From NCBI GenBank assembly GCA_947627925.1, contig CANQXW010000002.1, forward strand, positions 9,575-73,574: 64,000 nucleotides of DNA, given 5' to 3'. Below the pieces are notes generated by a model. That model was not told the DNA's origin and ran no database searches. It saw nothing but the letters and a program-made list of their open reading frames with translations. Source of the stretch: an uncultured Bacilli bacterium. GTDB taxonomy: Bacteria; Bacillota_I; Bacilli_A; RF39; UBA660. Below are positions 28,067-38,394 of the stretch, piece after piece. Made by a program: the position numbers and the translations under genes. The number at the start of each line of letters is the position of its first letter. The stretch's first letter is position 1.

Positions 28067-28097
28067 AAAGGTTTCTTTTTTGGAACCTTTTTTTATT
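28067..28097 (+). terminator. intrinsic terminator after paralog 2
   Basis: AAAGGTT-(10 nt)-AACCTTT followed by TTTTTATTTTT. Confidence 0.6.
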
Positions 28098-28144
28098 TTT
28101 CGCATATATTATATCTTAAGTCCATATATTTTAATGGGTGAATT

Positions 28145-30706
28145 ATGATAAATTATAATGGTCTTAGTGAAATGGAAGTAAAAAATGCACGCAAAATGTA
28201 TGGTACTAATGAATTAACGAAGTTGAAGCAGAAAACTTTTTTTAAAATTCTCTTAGAATCCCTTGGAGATCCAATTATTAAAATATTATTAATTGCTTTA
28301 GGGATTAAACTCCTTTTTATTTTTTCTAAATATGATTGGTATGAAACAATTGGAATTGCTATTGCCGTCATGCTTGCTTCCTTAATATCCACTATATCGG
28401 AATATGGAAGTGAAGAGGCCTTTAAAAGGCTTTCCAATGAAGCAAGTAAAATAAATGTTAAAGTTTATCGTGACAACCTTTTAAAAGAAATTATGATTAA
28501 TGATATTGTCGTTGGCGATATTGTAAAACTTTCCACTGGAGACTCTATTCCCGCGGACGGCATTTTAATAAATGGTACTTTATCAGTTAACGAGTCATCG
28601 TTAACTGGCGAATCTAAGGATATCAAAAAAGCTAATAATGATAAACTTTTTCGGGGGTCAGTTGTCACGAACGGGAATGGAAAAATGCTTGTCCAAAAAG
28701 TTGGCAACAATACCGAATATGGCAAAATATCTTTAGAAATCCAAACTGAATCACCTACTTCACCCTTAAAAAAAAGATTATATGGTTTAGCCAAAATAAT
28801 TAGTAAGATTGGTTATATTGGGGCTTTTGTTGTTTCACTTTCATATCTTTTTAATAAAATTGTTATTGAAAATAATTTTGATATTGATTTAATCATGGCT
28901 ACTCTTACTACTCCTAAAATTATTCTTAATCATTTAATCTATGCTTTAACTTTGTCTGTAACCATTATTATTGTCGCTGTTCCTGAAGGTCTTCCGATGA
29001 TGATTACTTTAGTTCTTTCTTCCAATATGAAAAGAATGCTTAAAGATAATGTTTTAGTAAGAAAACCGATTGGCATTGAAACTAGTGGCAATCTTAATTA
29101 TCTTTTAACAGATAAAACAGGAACTCTCACTAAAGGAATTTTAGAAGTTACCTCTTTTATTACAGGAGATTTAAAAATCTTTAAAAATAATAAAGAATTA
29201 AAAAAACACTCTAGTTATGAAATAATTTATAATTCTCTCATTTTAAATAATGAAAGTGTTATTAGTGATGGCAAAATAATCGGAGGTAATTCTACCGATA
29301 AAGCGTTAATTGGCTTCTTGCCTCTTAAAAACAATAATCCCAAAATTACCAAAAGAATCCCTTTTGATAGTGAAAAAAAATATAGTGCTGTATACATCAA
29401 TAATGATATCTATTTAAAAGGAGCCGCCGAGATAATTTTACCGAAATGCACTAAATATCTCACTACTAAAGGAGAAGAAAAAATTATTCTAAACGAGAAA
29501 AATATCTTAAAAGAGATTAGCAAATACACTCAAAAAGGAATTAGAGTCATTGCTTTAGCAAAGGGAAATAATTTAGATAATAATTTAACGTTTATTGGTT
29601 TTGTAACTTTAAAAGATGAGTTAAGAAAAGAAGCTAAAGAAGGAATTAGTTTAATTCGAAATGCCGGCATTAATGTCATTATGATTACGGGAGATGCCAA
29701 GGATACGGCCCGGAATATTGCCAAAGACTCAGGCATTATCGCAGATCCTACTGATATGATATTAACCAGTGAAGAATTTAATCAAATGGATTCTGAAGAT
29801 GTAAAAAAAATTATCCATCGTTTGAAAGTAGTGGCTAGAGCTCTTCCTCAAGATAAAAGTCGTCTAGTTACCATTTTAGAAGAAATGAATTTTGTGGTTG
29901 GTATGACTGGTGATGGCGTTAATGATGCTCCCGCTTTAAAAAAAGCCAATGTCGGCTTTGCGATGGGAAGCGGAACCGAGGTTGCTAAAGAAGCTAGTGA
30001 TATTGTTATTTTAGATAATAATATTTTATCCATTAGTAAAGCTATTTTATATGGTCGCACGATTTTTAAAAGTATTCGCCGTTTTGTTATATATCAATTA
30101 ACCGTTAATTTTACGGCCCTTTTCCTATCTATTGTTGGTTCTTATATTGGTGTTAGTACACCAATTACTATAATTCAAATGTTATGGCTTAATATGATAA
30201 TGGATACTTTTGCAGGCATGGCGTTCTCTTATGAAGCCCCTCTTAAATATTACATGGATCATAAGCCCAAAAAATTAGATGAACCAATCATCAATAAATA
30301 TATGTATTCCGAAATAATTATTACGGCCATGTATTCCGCTTTCTTATGTATATTATTTTTAAAACTTCCTCTATTTAAAGAAATAGTACGTAGTGAAGAA
30401 AAATATTTTATGACTTCTTATTTTGCCCTCTTTATCTTTATAGGTATCTTTAATGCTTTTAATTCCCGAACCGAAAGATTAAATATTCTATCTAATATTA
30501 CAAAAAACAAAGTCTTTATCACTATCTTCCTTTTTATCATCAGTGTCCAAATATTCTTAATATATCATGGAGGAGAATTATTTCGTACCTTCGGAATGAC
30601 CCCTTTTGAACTTATCTTTGTTATTCTTTTAGCTTTTACTGTCGTTCCTGTAGAATTTTTAAGAAAAATTATTCTCAAGAAAAAAGGTTATTCCATTGAA
30701 GTATAA
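28145..30706 (+). CDS. P-type (P2) calcium-transporting ATPase
   Basis: LTGES, the phosphorylation site DKTGTLT, MITGD, MTGDGVNDAPALKKA, and about 10 TM helices. Confidence 0.9.
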   Translation: MINYNGLSEMEVKNARKMYGTNELTKLKQKTFFKILLESLGDPIIKILLIALGIKLLFIFSKYDWYETIGIAIAVMLASLISTISEYGSEEAFKRLSNEASKINVKVYRDNLLKEIMINDIVVGDIVKLSTGDSIPADGILINGTLSVNESSLTGESKDIKKANNDKLFRGSVVTNGNGKMLVQKVGNNTEYGKISLEIQTESPTSPLKKRLYGLAKIISKIGYIGAFVVSLSYLFNKIVIENNFDIDLIMATLTTPKIILNHLIYALTLSVTIIIVAVPEGLPMMITLVLSSNMKRMLKDNVLVRKPIGIETSGNLNYLLTDKTGTLTKGILEVTSFITGDLKIFKNNKELKKHSSYEIIYNSLILNNESVISDGKIIGGNSTDKALIGFLPLKNNNPKITKRIPFDSEKKYSAVYINNDIYLKGAAEIILPKCTKYLTTKGEEKIILNEKNILKEISKYTQKGIRVIALAKGNNLDNNLTFIGFVTLKDELRKEAKEGISLIRNAGINVIMITGDAKDTARNIAKDSGIIADPTDMILTSEEFNQMDSEDVKKIIHRLKVVARALPQDKSRLVTILEEMNFVVGMTGDGVNDAPALKKANVGFAMGSGTEVAKEASDIVILDNNILSISKAILYGRTIFKSIRRFVIYQLTVNFTALFLSIVGSYIGVSTPITIIQMLWLNMIMDTFAGMAFSYEAPLKYYMDHKPKKLDEPIINKYMYSEIIITAMYSAFLCILFLKLPLFKEIVRSEEKYFMTSYFALFIFIGIFNAFNSRTERLNILSNITKNKVFITIFLFIISVQIFLIYHGGELFRTFGMTPFELIFVILLAFTVVPVEFLRKIILKKKGYSIEV

Positions 30707-30708
30707 AG

Positions 30709-30733
30709 TATCTAGTCAAACTAGATATTTTTT
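30709..30733 (+). terminator. intrinsic terminator after the Ca-ATPase
   Basis: TATCTAGT-caa-ACTAGATA followed by TTTTTT. Confidence 0.65.
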
Positions 30734-30790
30734 AATAAAAAAATATAAGCCCATGATATAATTAATATATAAAGGTAGGAAAAATAATAT

Positions 30791-31165
30791 ATGATTTTAA
30801 TAACAAAGGATAATGTATCATCATTTATTGAATATTATCATAATTTACATGATAGTTATATAACCAATGTTAGTTATGATATTAAATTATCAAAAATAGA
30901 ACTTGCTATAAATGTTTTTTGGTCTGGCAAACCAATATTAAATAAAGAAAAATACTACGAAACTAATAGCACAAAACTAAAAATGATTTTTAGCAATATA
31001 GAAAAATGTAATATCAAAGAAATATTTTCCTGGAATTATATTAATGATGCTTTTATAAAATATATTAATATTAAAAATAAAGATTATATTTGTTTTGCTA
31101 ATGACGAAAGTGATCCCTTAATTTATATTGTCTGTGACAAGATTGAATATGAAGAATTAAAATAA
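30791..31165 (+). CDS. hypothetical protein (124 aa)
   Basis: ORF only; no motif recognised. Confidence 0.5.
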   Translation: MILITKDNVSSFIEYYHNLHDSYITNVSYDIKLSKIELAINVFWSGKPILNKEKYYETNSTKLKMIFSNIEKCNIKEIFSWNYINDAFIKYINIKNKDYICFANDESDPLIYIVCDKIEYEELK

Positions 31166-31219
31166 CAATTAAATCTATTATCTCTAAACATATAATTCTT
31201 AATTTTAACAAAAAAAGAA

Positions 31220-33337
31220 CTAATTATTAATTAAATTGTTCTCTTTCATTAATTTACTAATATTCTTATAATTATAAATTTCATAATTACTTCTTTTAAT
31301 AATATCTTCAACATTTTTAATTTTTTGACTTCTTAAATAACCCGTTAGAATATCTTTAGTTAAATTATCAAAAGTTATTGTTTTATCAACTAAATCATTA
31401 ATCTCACTACTAGTATTTTCTTTTAAATCATTATTAAAACCAATATGATTATTATTTAGGATATCATCAGTAATAAATATTAAAGAATTATTAAAATAAA
31501 TCTTTTCGCCTTTATTATCCGTAATATATCCTTCTTTTAAAATTTCTTTAATCAAATCTTTAATATTTTGATGAGCTTCATTATAGTTGTCAAATAATAT
31601 AATGGTAAAATTATTATTAGCTAGTTTATTAAATAAATGTTCATCATTATAGCCAACGTATCCTTGCGTTGTCCCAATTAATTTATTAATATCAATGGAA
31701 GTTTTATACTCCTTTAAATCAATTCTTAAAAAGTTAGCATTAGGAACGAGCTCCGCATATTTTTTAACTAAACTACTTTTACCTAAGTAAGATCCTCCCT
31801 CTAAATATATTTTAATAAAGCCTTTTTTATTTAAGAAATGATTCCTTACTACATTATTTATTTCTTGCGTATATTTATAAGTATTGTATAGTTCTTTTTC
31901 TATTTGGGAAGGAATATTATCTAAAACTTTTAGCTTTTCTTTTGTAAGCATTAAATTAGTTTTATTTTCTAAAACTTGAATAATATCTTTTTCTTTAATA
32001 ACTTGCTTTTTACTATTATTAAAACTACTTAATTTTTTATTTACTTCTAATTCCTCACTATAAATTTTTAAGGCTTTATCATAGTCATTATTTTTGATAC
32101 TTTTATCTTTTTCTTCTTTTAATTTATCTAATTTTTTATATAATTCTCTTTTCTCACTAATATTAATATTTCCGGCTTTAACTTTGGAGCAAACTGAATC
32201 TAGAAAATCAATGGCCTTATCAGGATTTCTTTTATTATTAATAAAAGTATCAGTATAATAAATGATTTTATCAATAATATTATTAGGAATTATAACTTCA
32301 TGATGTCTCTCATACTCTTTTTTTACTTTCAAAAGAATATCTTTAGTTTCTTCTTTATTAGGTTCATTTACATTTATCACTTCAAAACGGCGCATTAGTG
32401 CTTTATCTGCTGAAAAAAATTTATGATATTCACTATTAGTAGTGGCTCCAATACATTTTATTTTACCCCTTGCTAAAGCAGGTTTAAAAATATCTCCCGC
32501 TGTAATTGCGCCTTCTGCCCCACCAGCATTAACCATCGAATGGATTTCATCGATAAATAAAATAATATGGTCATCATTTTCTAACTCTTTAATAATTTTG
32601 GTTAGTTTTTCTTCAAACTCGCCCCGATATTTAGTTCCCGATACTAAAGAGCCCATTTCTAAAGCTACAATTTTAGTATTAAATAAACTATCTGGAACTT
32701 CTTTTCTTTCAATTCTTCTAACTAACTCTTCCACAATGGCTGTTTTGCCGACTCCCGCTTCCCCGATTAAAATCGGATTATTTTTTTTCTTTCTTAAAAT
32801 AGTTTCAATAATTAAATCGATTTCTTTATCTCTTCCCACAACGGTTTCGTTATAATCAATGGTTTCATTAAGTAACACGCCTGTTTCTAAAACTTCCAAC
32901 TTTTTATGAACTAATTTAGTATTTTTATTAAGATTATCATATACATCATCAATATCAATACCCATGCCAATTAAAAGTCGAATAGCTATTCCTTCGCCTT
33001 CTTCAAAAATTGACAAGACTAAATGTTTAGGCGTCACAATACCTTTATTGTTTTCTTTGGCATTATCTAAAGCATTATTTATTACTCTTTTTAAAAGAGG
33101 CGTATAAAGATTAAGTTCACTTTCTTTAGTTGCATTACCCACCACGATATTGAGTTCTCTTTTAAAACTTTCATAAGTTAAATTATATTCTTTAAAAAAA
33201 TTACTCATATCTTGATCTAACTTCAAAATAGCTAAAAATAGATGTTCTGTGCCAACATAAGGATGATGTAAATTAAGTCTTTCACTTTCCGCCATTCTAA
33301 AAATATTTGATACATGAACTCCAAAATTATTATACAT
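31220..33337 (-). CDS. ClpA/ClpC-family AAA+ ATPase, short form with divergent second module
   Basis: Clp_N repeat (HPYVGTEHLFLAIL). D1 has Walker A GEAGVGKT and Walker B LFIDEIH. D2 has Walker A GGSYLGKS, but Walker B reads ILFDNYNEA (DE replaced by DN). An HIGF tripeptide loop is present. The protein is 705 aa. Confidence 0.8.
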   Translation of the reverse strand: MYNNFGVHVSNIFRMAESERLNLHHPYVGTEHLFLAILKLDQDMSNFFKEYNLTYESFKRELNIVVGNATKESELNLYTPLLKRVINNALDNAKENNKGIVTPKHLVLSIFEEGEGIAIRLLIGMGIDIDDVYDNLNKNTKLVHKKLEVLETGVLLNETIDYNETVVGRDKEIDLIIETILRKKKNNPILIGEAGVGKTAIVEELVRRIERKEVPDSLFNTKIVALEMGSLVSGTKYRGEFEEKLTKIIKELENDDHIILFIDEIHSMVNAGGAEGAITAGDIFKPALARGKIKCIGATTNSEYHKFFSADKALMRRFEVINVNEPNKEETKDILLKVKKEYERHHEVIIPNNIIDKIIYYTDTFINNKRNPDKAIDFLDSVCSKVKAGNINISEKRELYKKLDKLKEEKDKSIKNNDYDKALKIYSEELEVNKKLSSFNNSKKQVIKEKDIIQVLENKTNLMLTKEKLKVLDNIPSQIEKELYNTYKYTQEINNVVRNHFLNKKGFIKIYLEGGSYLGKSSLVKKYAELVPNANFLRIDLKEYKTSIDINKLIGTTQGYVGYNDEHLFNKLANNNFTIILFDNYNEAHQNIKDLIKEILKEGYITDNKGEKIYFNNSLIFITDDILNNNHIGFNNDLKENTSSEINDLVDKTITFDNLTKDILTGYLRSQKIKNVEDIIKRSNYEIYNYKNISKLMKENNLINN

Positions 33338-33420
33338 AAAATTTCTCCCTTACAATTCTATGTTTATAATGAGATTTTTATTAAAATCTTATACAACTAA
33401 AAAAGAAGATCTTAAATCTT

Positions 33421-33651
33421 CTAATATGGTCTAAATGGTGGATAATAATAATTATAACTATAATTGCCATAAGGATAATTAGAATTAAAGCCAGGTCCAC
33501 CATTAGGATACGGAGCAACATTATAAATTGGTCTTGGTCGTGTTAAACCAACCGCTGCTCCCCCAAGTAGTGCTCCTCCTAAAAAAGGAACAATAAATCT
33601 TTCATTATTAATATTATAATTATTAGGATAAAAATTAGGCCTATTATACAT
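33421..33651 (-). CDS. small Tyr/Pro/Asn-rich low-complexity protein with a central Gly/Ala hydrophobic stretch
   Basis: The ORF is 76 aa. Its composition (NYPYGNYSYNYYYPPFRPY) is reminiscent of spore-coat or cross-linked proteins, but function is unknown. Confidence 0.45.
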   Translation of the reverse strand: MYNRPNFYPNNYNINNERFIVPFLGGALLGGAAVGLTRPRPIYNVAPYPNGGPGFNSNYPYGNYSYNYYYPPFRPY

Positions 33652-33722
33652 AATATCTTCCTTTCACTCATAGCATATGTTTAGTTTTTTTAAGAATACA
33701 TTATGTTGGCCCAATCTTAGTT

Positions 33723-33747
33723 TAAAAAAACACCTTTTTAAAAGGTG
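33723..33747 (-). terminator. intrinsic terminator after tRNA-Leu
   Basis: On the minus strand, CACCTTTT-a-AAAAGGTG followed by T7. Confidence 0.65.
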
Positions 33748-33760
33748 AACAATCTCATTA

Positions 33761-33848
33761 TGGTGCTCGTACTCGGACTTGAACCGAGACTTCTTTAAAG
33801 GAAAACAGATTTTGAGTCTGCCGCGTCTACCAATTCCGCCATACGAGC
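33761..33848 (-). tRNA. tRNA-Leu(CAA)
   Basis: GCTCGTATGGCGGAATTGGTAGACGCGGCAGACTCAAAATCTGTTTTCCTTTAAAGAAGTCTCGGTTCAAGTCCGAGTACGAGCACCA has a long variable arm. Confidence 0.9.
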
Positions 33849-33917
33849 AACTTACAACTAATTATAACACGGATAATACTAATTAGTAAATAATAGAATC
33901 TGTCTTTAGACCCTTTT

Positions 33918-34832
33918 TTAATCACCTATTGTAAAAACATAAAACTCATATATAATTTGGGCATTTTCATCCACAAGACTAGAAATAATATTTATTTTTC
34001 CAGCATTATCAATATAATATATTAATCCGCCATTTTCTTTATCTTCTTGATATTGATTATTCAAATTTTTGATATTCTTTTCATAATATTTTATTGTTTC
34101 TTCTTGGCTATATGAATCATCAGTTTTAAAATAATCATTTATTGCCATTATGGTTTTTTCTTTTAATTTTTCTAAACTTAAATTTTTTCTTTTGGCTATT
34201 TCCATATTATTTAAAATAGCACCACTTTCTAAATCGATTACATAACCTAAAAGATGATGAACAGGCACTGATGTATCACCACTATAATCTAAAATTAAAA
34301 TCGTTAAAGTATTTAATTCCTCATTTATGAATGTTTTATATGTTAGATTATAATATTCACAATTTTGGTCATAATCTTCATCTGATTCTTCACACAATCT
34401 ATTATTATTTAGAAATTTCGCATATTTTAAATATAAGTCCTTTAATTCATTATTTATTTTTTCGACATCTTTATTGTCAATATTTATGAAAGGAATTTTG
34501 AAAGCATCAATATTTTCTTGGGTTATATTAGTAGGAAACTCTAAAGAGCCAAAAGATATATTACTAGAACTAATTTCATTATTTTTCATTTTGTTGCTAA
34601 ATACATAATCATACTTTATATCGTATACATAATCTTTATCTTGATAAATTTTTTTAATTTTTTCTTCTGGGGTATTATCATCTTCTTTGATATTGCTATT
34701 TTCCTCTTGGAGATTATTTTCTTCAAAAGTATTATTGAAGATTCCCATATAGTACATTACTCCCATATTTATACTTGCCCCTAAAATAATTCCTAATATA
34801 CATACTAATAAATATTTAACCCATTCTTTCAT
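33918..34832 (-). CDS. hypothetical membrane-anchored protein
   Basis: N-terminal TM helix (YLLVCILGIILGASINMGVMYYM). Confidence 0.6.
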   Translation of the reverse strand: MKEWVKYLLVCILGIILGASINMGVMYYMGIFNNTFEENNLQEENSNIKEDDNTPEEKIKKIYQDKDYVYDIKYDYVFSNKMKNNEISSSNISFGSLEFPTNITQENIDAFKIPFINIDNKDVEKINNELKDLYLKYAKFLNNNRLCEESDEDYDQNCEYYNLTYKTFINEELNTLTILILDYSGDTSVPVHHLLGYVIDLESGAILNNMEIAKRKNLSLEKLKEKTIMAINDYFKTDDSYSQEETIKYYEKNIKNLNNQYQEDKENGGLIYYIDNAGKINIISSLVDENAQIIYEFYVFTIGD

Positions 34833-34848
34833 CCTTTTATCCTTTCAA

Positions 34849-35391
34849 CTATTCTTTAGTTTCAAAAAGTAGAGCATCTTCTTGAGGTTTCTCGACTACT
34901 AATTCTGGCAAATCATTTAATGAAGCTAGACCAAAAAAGTCTAAAAATTCTCTAGTTGTCTTGTATAAATTTGGTTTACCAGGCAAATCACTTTTACCAA
35001 CAACTTTAATTAAATCCTTACTTAATAGTTTTCTTATAACATAAATACTACTTATGCCCCTTATTTCATCTATTTCAATTCTTGTTATTGGTTCGTTATA
35101 AGCAATAATAGCTAAAACTTCTAATTGGGCTTGGGATAAAGTTTCAACTCTTTCTTTTACTAATTTTTGATAAAATTCTTTATGTTCTTTTTTAGTTGTC
35201 AATTTAAAACTATTTCCTAAATAACTAATTTTAATACCCCGTTCATCTTTATCATATTCTTTTTTTAAAGTTGTTAAAAGTTCTTTAGCTTTATCCGGAG
35301 AAACATTTAAAATACTACAAATATCTTCTAAAGTTACCCCTTCATCACCAACGACAAATAGTAAACCTTCTAAAACACCCACTAAATTCAT
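34849..35391 (-). CDS. scpB: segregation and condensation protein B
   Basis: VLEGLLFVVGDEG, LEVLAIIAYNEPITRIEIDEIRG and GKPNLYKTT.EFL..FGL. Confidence 0.85.
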   Translation of the reverse strand: MNLVGVLEGLLFVVGDEGVTLEDICSILNVSPDKAKELLTTLKKEYDKDERGIKISYLGNSFKLTTKKEHKEFYQKLVKERVETLSQAQLEVLAIIAYNEPITRIEIDEIRGISSIYVIRKLLSKDLIKVVGKSDLPGKPNLYKTTREFLDFFGLASLNDLPELVVEKPQEDALLFETKE

Positions 35392-35392
35392 T

Positions 35393-36118
35393 TTAATCAA
35401 CACTTTCTATTACAATTTTACTAAATGCTTTGCTTTGTTTCAATAATATTTCTTTATTTTTACTCATATCTAAAAGAGATAAAAATGTAACAACGACATT
35501 TTCTTTAGTCAAAATATCAAATAATTCGGAAAATTCCACTTTCTTTTTGGCTTTTAAAAGACTTCTTATCTCCCTAATTCTCTCTTTAACACTATATTCT
35601 TTTCGCATTACTTTAGTTGTTAAAGGCTTTTGAAAATTAACTCGCTTTTGCATTTCTTGAAAAGCCGCGAGTAAATCATCTAAAGTAACATCACTATTGA
35701 TTATCTTTTCATCATCTTCTACATATTCTTGTAAATTTTCTGGTATTTTTGTATAATAATCCGCCCGATTTTCTTCTAAACTCCGGAATGTTTCACACAT
35801 ATTTTTATAACGTTCATATTCAATTAATTTATCTCGTAAATCTTCTTCACTTTTTAAAGAAAATTCATCATCTTCATTATTATCTTCTTCTTCCGTTTTA
35901 TTAACTAACATTTTACTTTTCAAATGAATTAATTCTGATGACAAAACTAAGTATTCAGAAGAAGAATCTAAATCTTCTTTGGGAATACTTTTAATAAAAG
36001 CAATATATTGATCAATAATATCTTTAATGTTTATTGTATATATGTCCATTTTGGATACTCTTACTAAATGTAAAAGCAAATCAAAAGGGCCTTCAAAATC
36101 TTCTAGTTGTAAATTCAT
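35393..36118 (-). CDS. scpA: segregation and condensation protein A
   Basis: FEGPFDLLLHLV...KMDIY.I.I..I..QY. It sits directly upstream of scpB. Confidence 0.85.
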   Translation of the reverse strand: MNLQLEDFEGPFDLLLHLVRVSKMDIYTINIKDIIDQYIAFIKSIPKEDLDSSSEYLVLSSELIHLKSKMLVNKTEEEDNNEDDEFSLKSEEDLRDKLIEYERYKNMCETFRSLEENRADYYTKIPENLQEYVEDDEKIINSDVTLDDLLAAFQEMQKRVNFQKPLTTKVMRKEYSVKERIREIRSLLKAKKKVEFSELFDILTKENVVVTFLSLLDMSKNKEILLKQSKAFSKIVIESVD

Positions 36119-36127
36119 AAAATCTTC

Positions 36128-37069
36128 CTAACTACAAACAAATCCATAAGTTGTCATTTCAAAATCAACTACTTTTGGGTCTTCTTTTAAAAGATAGTAA
36201 TAATGATTATTTAGTTTAGTGGAATCAACTTTGGTTAAATCAATCGAAATAACTGCAGTGTAACCATTATTAGAACCATTAAACGTCGCCGTTACACCCG
36301 TTACATCTTTATAATTATTAACTATATTTTGTTTATTTTGGTAATCTTCATTATAACCAGAATCATTTACATTACTATTAGAAATAGTATGATTAATTGT
36401 TTTTAATTCTTTATTTTCAAAAGAATAAGTTAAAGTTTCATTATCCTTTTTACAAGTTAAAGAACCACGACCATAATCATCATTGGCTAAAGTGAAATCA
36501 GGATAATCTTGAACAGTCTTTTCTGTAAAAATCAAATAATAAAAGGCACTGGGAACAGTAAGAGTATAAGCTTCTTTACTTCCTTTCGCTACTGATGCAA
36601 TATCTATTTTAAAACGGTCTAATAAAGTCTTGTCTTCAGAATAAGTTTCTAAGAAAAATTTTCGACCGGTTAAATTAACAGTTTGTTCCGTATCATTAAC
36701 TGCTTCAAAAGTTAATGTTTTATTAGCATAATTAAAATTTTTTAAAGTTAAAGAGTTACTTTCTATCTCCAAAGTATTACTAAAAACATTATATACTACT
36801 TCATCTTCAGGAGGTAAAGTAGGTTCTTCAGGATTCTCCGGCTCTTGTTCATTACCTGAACTACCACCCGCAATAGTGCTAGCGGTATTTTTTCCTAAAA
36901 GATCATTTATAAAAACAGATATATCATTAATATAAAAAACCGCTAAAATAAAAATGGCAAATATGACTATAACCCGTCCTAAATTACTCTTTTTTTGATA
37001 AGCAGTTCCTATTACTTGGGGTTTTAATTCAATATCTTCTAAAACCACAGTTTCTTTTTTCTTTGCCAT
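36128..37069 (-). CDS. hypothetical membrane-anchored extracellular protein
   Basis: One TM helix, then a Pro/Glu linker and a beta-rich domain. No family recognised. Confidence 0.6.
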   Translation of the reverse strand: MAKKKETVVLEDIELKPQVIGTAYQKKSNLGRVIVIFAIFILAVFYINDISVFINDLLGKNTASTIAGGSSGNEQEPENPEEPTLPPEDEVVYNVFSNTLEIESNSLTLKNFNYANKTLTFEAVNDTEQTVNLTGRKFFLETYSEDKTLLDRFKIDIASVAKGSKEAYTLTVPSAFYYLIFTEKTVQDYPDFTLANDDYGRGSLTCKKDNETLTYSFENKELKTINHTISNSNVNDSGYNEDYQNKQNIVNNYKDVTGVTATFNGSNNGYTAVISIDLTKVDSTKLNNHYYYLLKEDPKVVDFEMTTYGFVCS

Positions 37070-37127
37070 ACTATCACCCTTATATTCTTTCTTATTATAT
37101 CATAAATCTTTAAATTCTAAAATATTA

Positions 37128-37823
37128 TTAGCAGCCATTTTGGGCACAATCTTCAATATTATTTTTACTTCTAATAAGGCTTTCAATTAAATTTTCTAAT
37201 ATTTCCTCATCTATTTTTTCATTTTCATAATTTTTAGGAGTATAAAAAGAAGTTATTTTTCCCTCTCTAAAAGCCACTAAAGTAGGAGCTTCCAAGACTT
37301 TTTCGAAAGTAGCCATACTATGACCCTCAGCATCATAAATTAGACTATTATCTAAATAATCATCTAATAGTTCTAATAAATGATTATAATTTTCTTCCCC
37401 ATCGCGAGTCTTCGTAATATTGCCATCAATAAATTCATAAGTAGGACGAATACTTTCGATATCTAAATAATAAATGGGCTCTTCTAAAGTGCTTGACACC
37501 TTTAACAAAGAAGGAATTAAACTTCGGCAATCGGCATTGGCTGCATAACCAAAATATATTACTCCTGTTTCTTCTTGGAGCATCTTTATAGCTTCATCAG
37601 TATTTATATAATTAATCAAATTATTATCACTAATAATTAAATCTAGATAAGCATTATCGCTTTCATCGACTTTATCATTATAACTCATGTACTCCATCCG
37701 GAAAACATTAGCATCAGTAATGGCATTACTTTTTCTTTTGAGTAAAGAATTAATTCCTAATCCTAAGACCATAATTGTTAAAACAATAATAGAATAAAGA
37801 ATTATTTTATTACGTCTTTCCAT
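37128..37823 (-). CDS. membrane-anchored thioredoxin-fold paralog with a degenerate active site and a C-terminal CAQNGC tail
   Basis: The preferred start is MERRNK (RBS AGGTGG). FGYAANADCRSLIPSL aligns with FGYNTCPWCRSVLPTL of 39285-39983. The protein ends ...EDCAQNGC. Confidence 0.6.
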   Translation of the reverse strand: MERRNKIILYSIIVLTIMVLGLGINSLLKRKSNAITDANVFRMEYMSYNDKVDESDNAYLDLIISDNNLINYINTDEAIKMLQEETGVIYFGYAANADCRSLIPSLLKVSSTLEEPIYYLDIESIRPTYEFIDGNITKTRDGEENYNHLLELLDDYLDNSLIYDAEGHSMATFEKVLEAPTLVAFREGKITSFYTPKNYENEKIDEEILENLIESLIRSKNNIEDCAQNGC

Positions 37824-37878
37824 TCTACCACCTATCAAAATTTTACTATAAATATTAAAGATATGCAATAAAGGAGGC

Positions 37879-38394
37879 TTAACTTGCTTCTAACACCAGC
37901 ATTTTGGAACCATGTTTATTGGCTTCTTTTAAAACATCATCTAAGCACTCTTTATTAAGATAAAAATAAATTGGCGTATCAGTCAAAATAGTTATAGAAT
38001 ACTTTTGAATGACAATTGCTTTTATTTTTGACCACTTAAAAATCATTTTAATATCATAAAATGAAGAATAAGTAAGTCCTTCTTTATCTAAAATTATAGT
38101 TGATTCAAAATTAACCTTTTGGCTCATTTTATAAATAATTAAATATTTTAAAATTAAATATAAAACATAACCAATATCTAAAATTAATAAAATAATTCCC
38201 ATGATTAAATATTGATTTAAGAAAAACATTAAGCTTACAAATAAAAGTAATGTACTTAGAAAAATTGTTTCCATTCCATAACTTAAATTAGGAATTTTAT
38301 GTTTTTGTAAAATAATTCTTTTATTTCTAGCTACAGTTTTTGCCTCATTATAAATTTTAAAATAATTTTTACTTAAATCACATTTTATTTTCAT
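37879..38394 (-). CDS. YcxB-like two-TM membrane protein
   Basis: Two adjacent TM helices are followed by a small C-terminal domain. The family assignment is tentative. Confidence 0.5.
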   Translation of the reverse strand: MKIKCDLSKNYFKIYNEAKTVARNKRIILQKHKIPNLSYGMETIFLSTLLLFVSLMFFLNQYLIMGIILLILDIGYVLYLILKYLIIYKMSQKVNFESTIILDKEGLTYSSFYDIKMIFKWSKIKAIVIQKYSITILTDTPIYFYLNKECLDDVLKEANKHGSKMLVLEAS

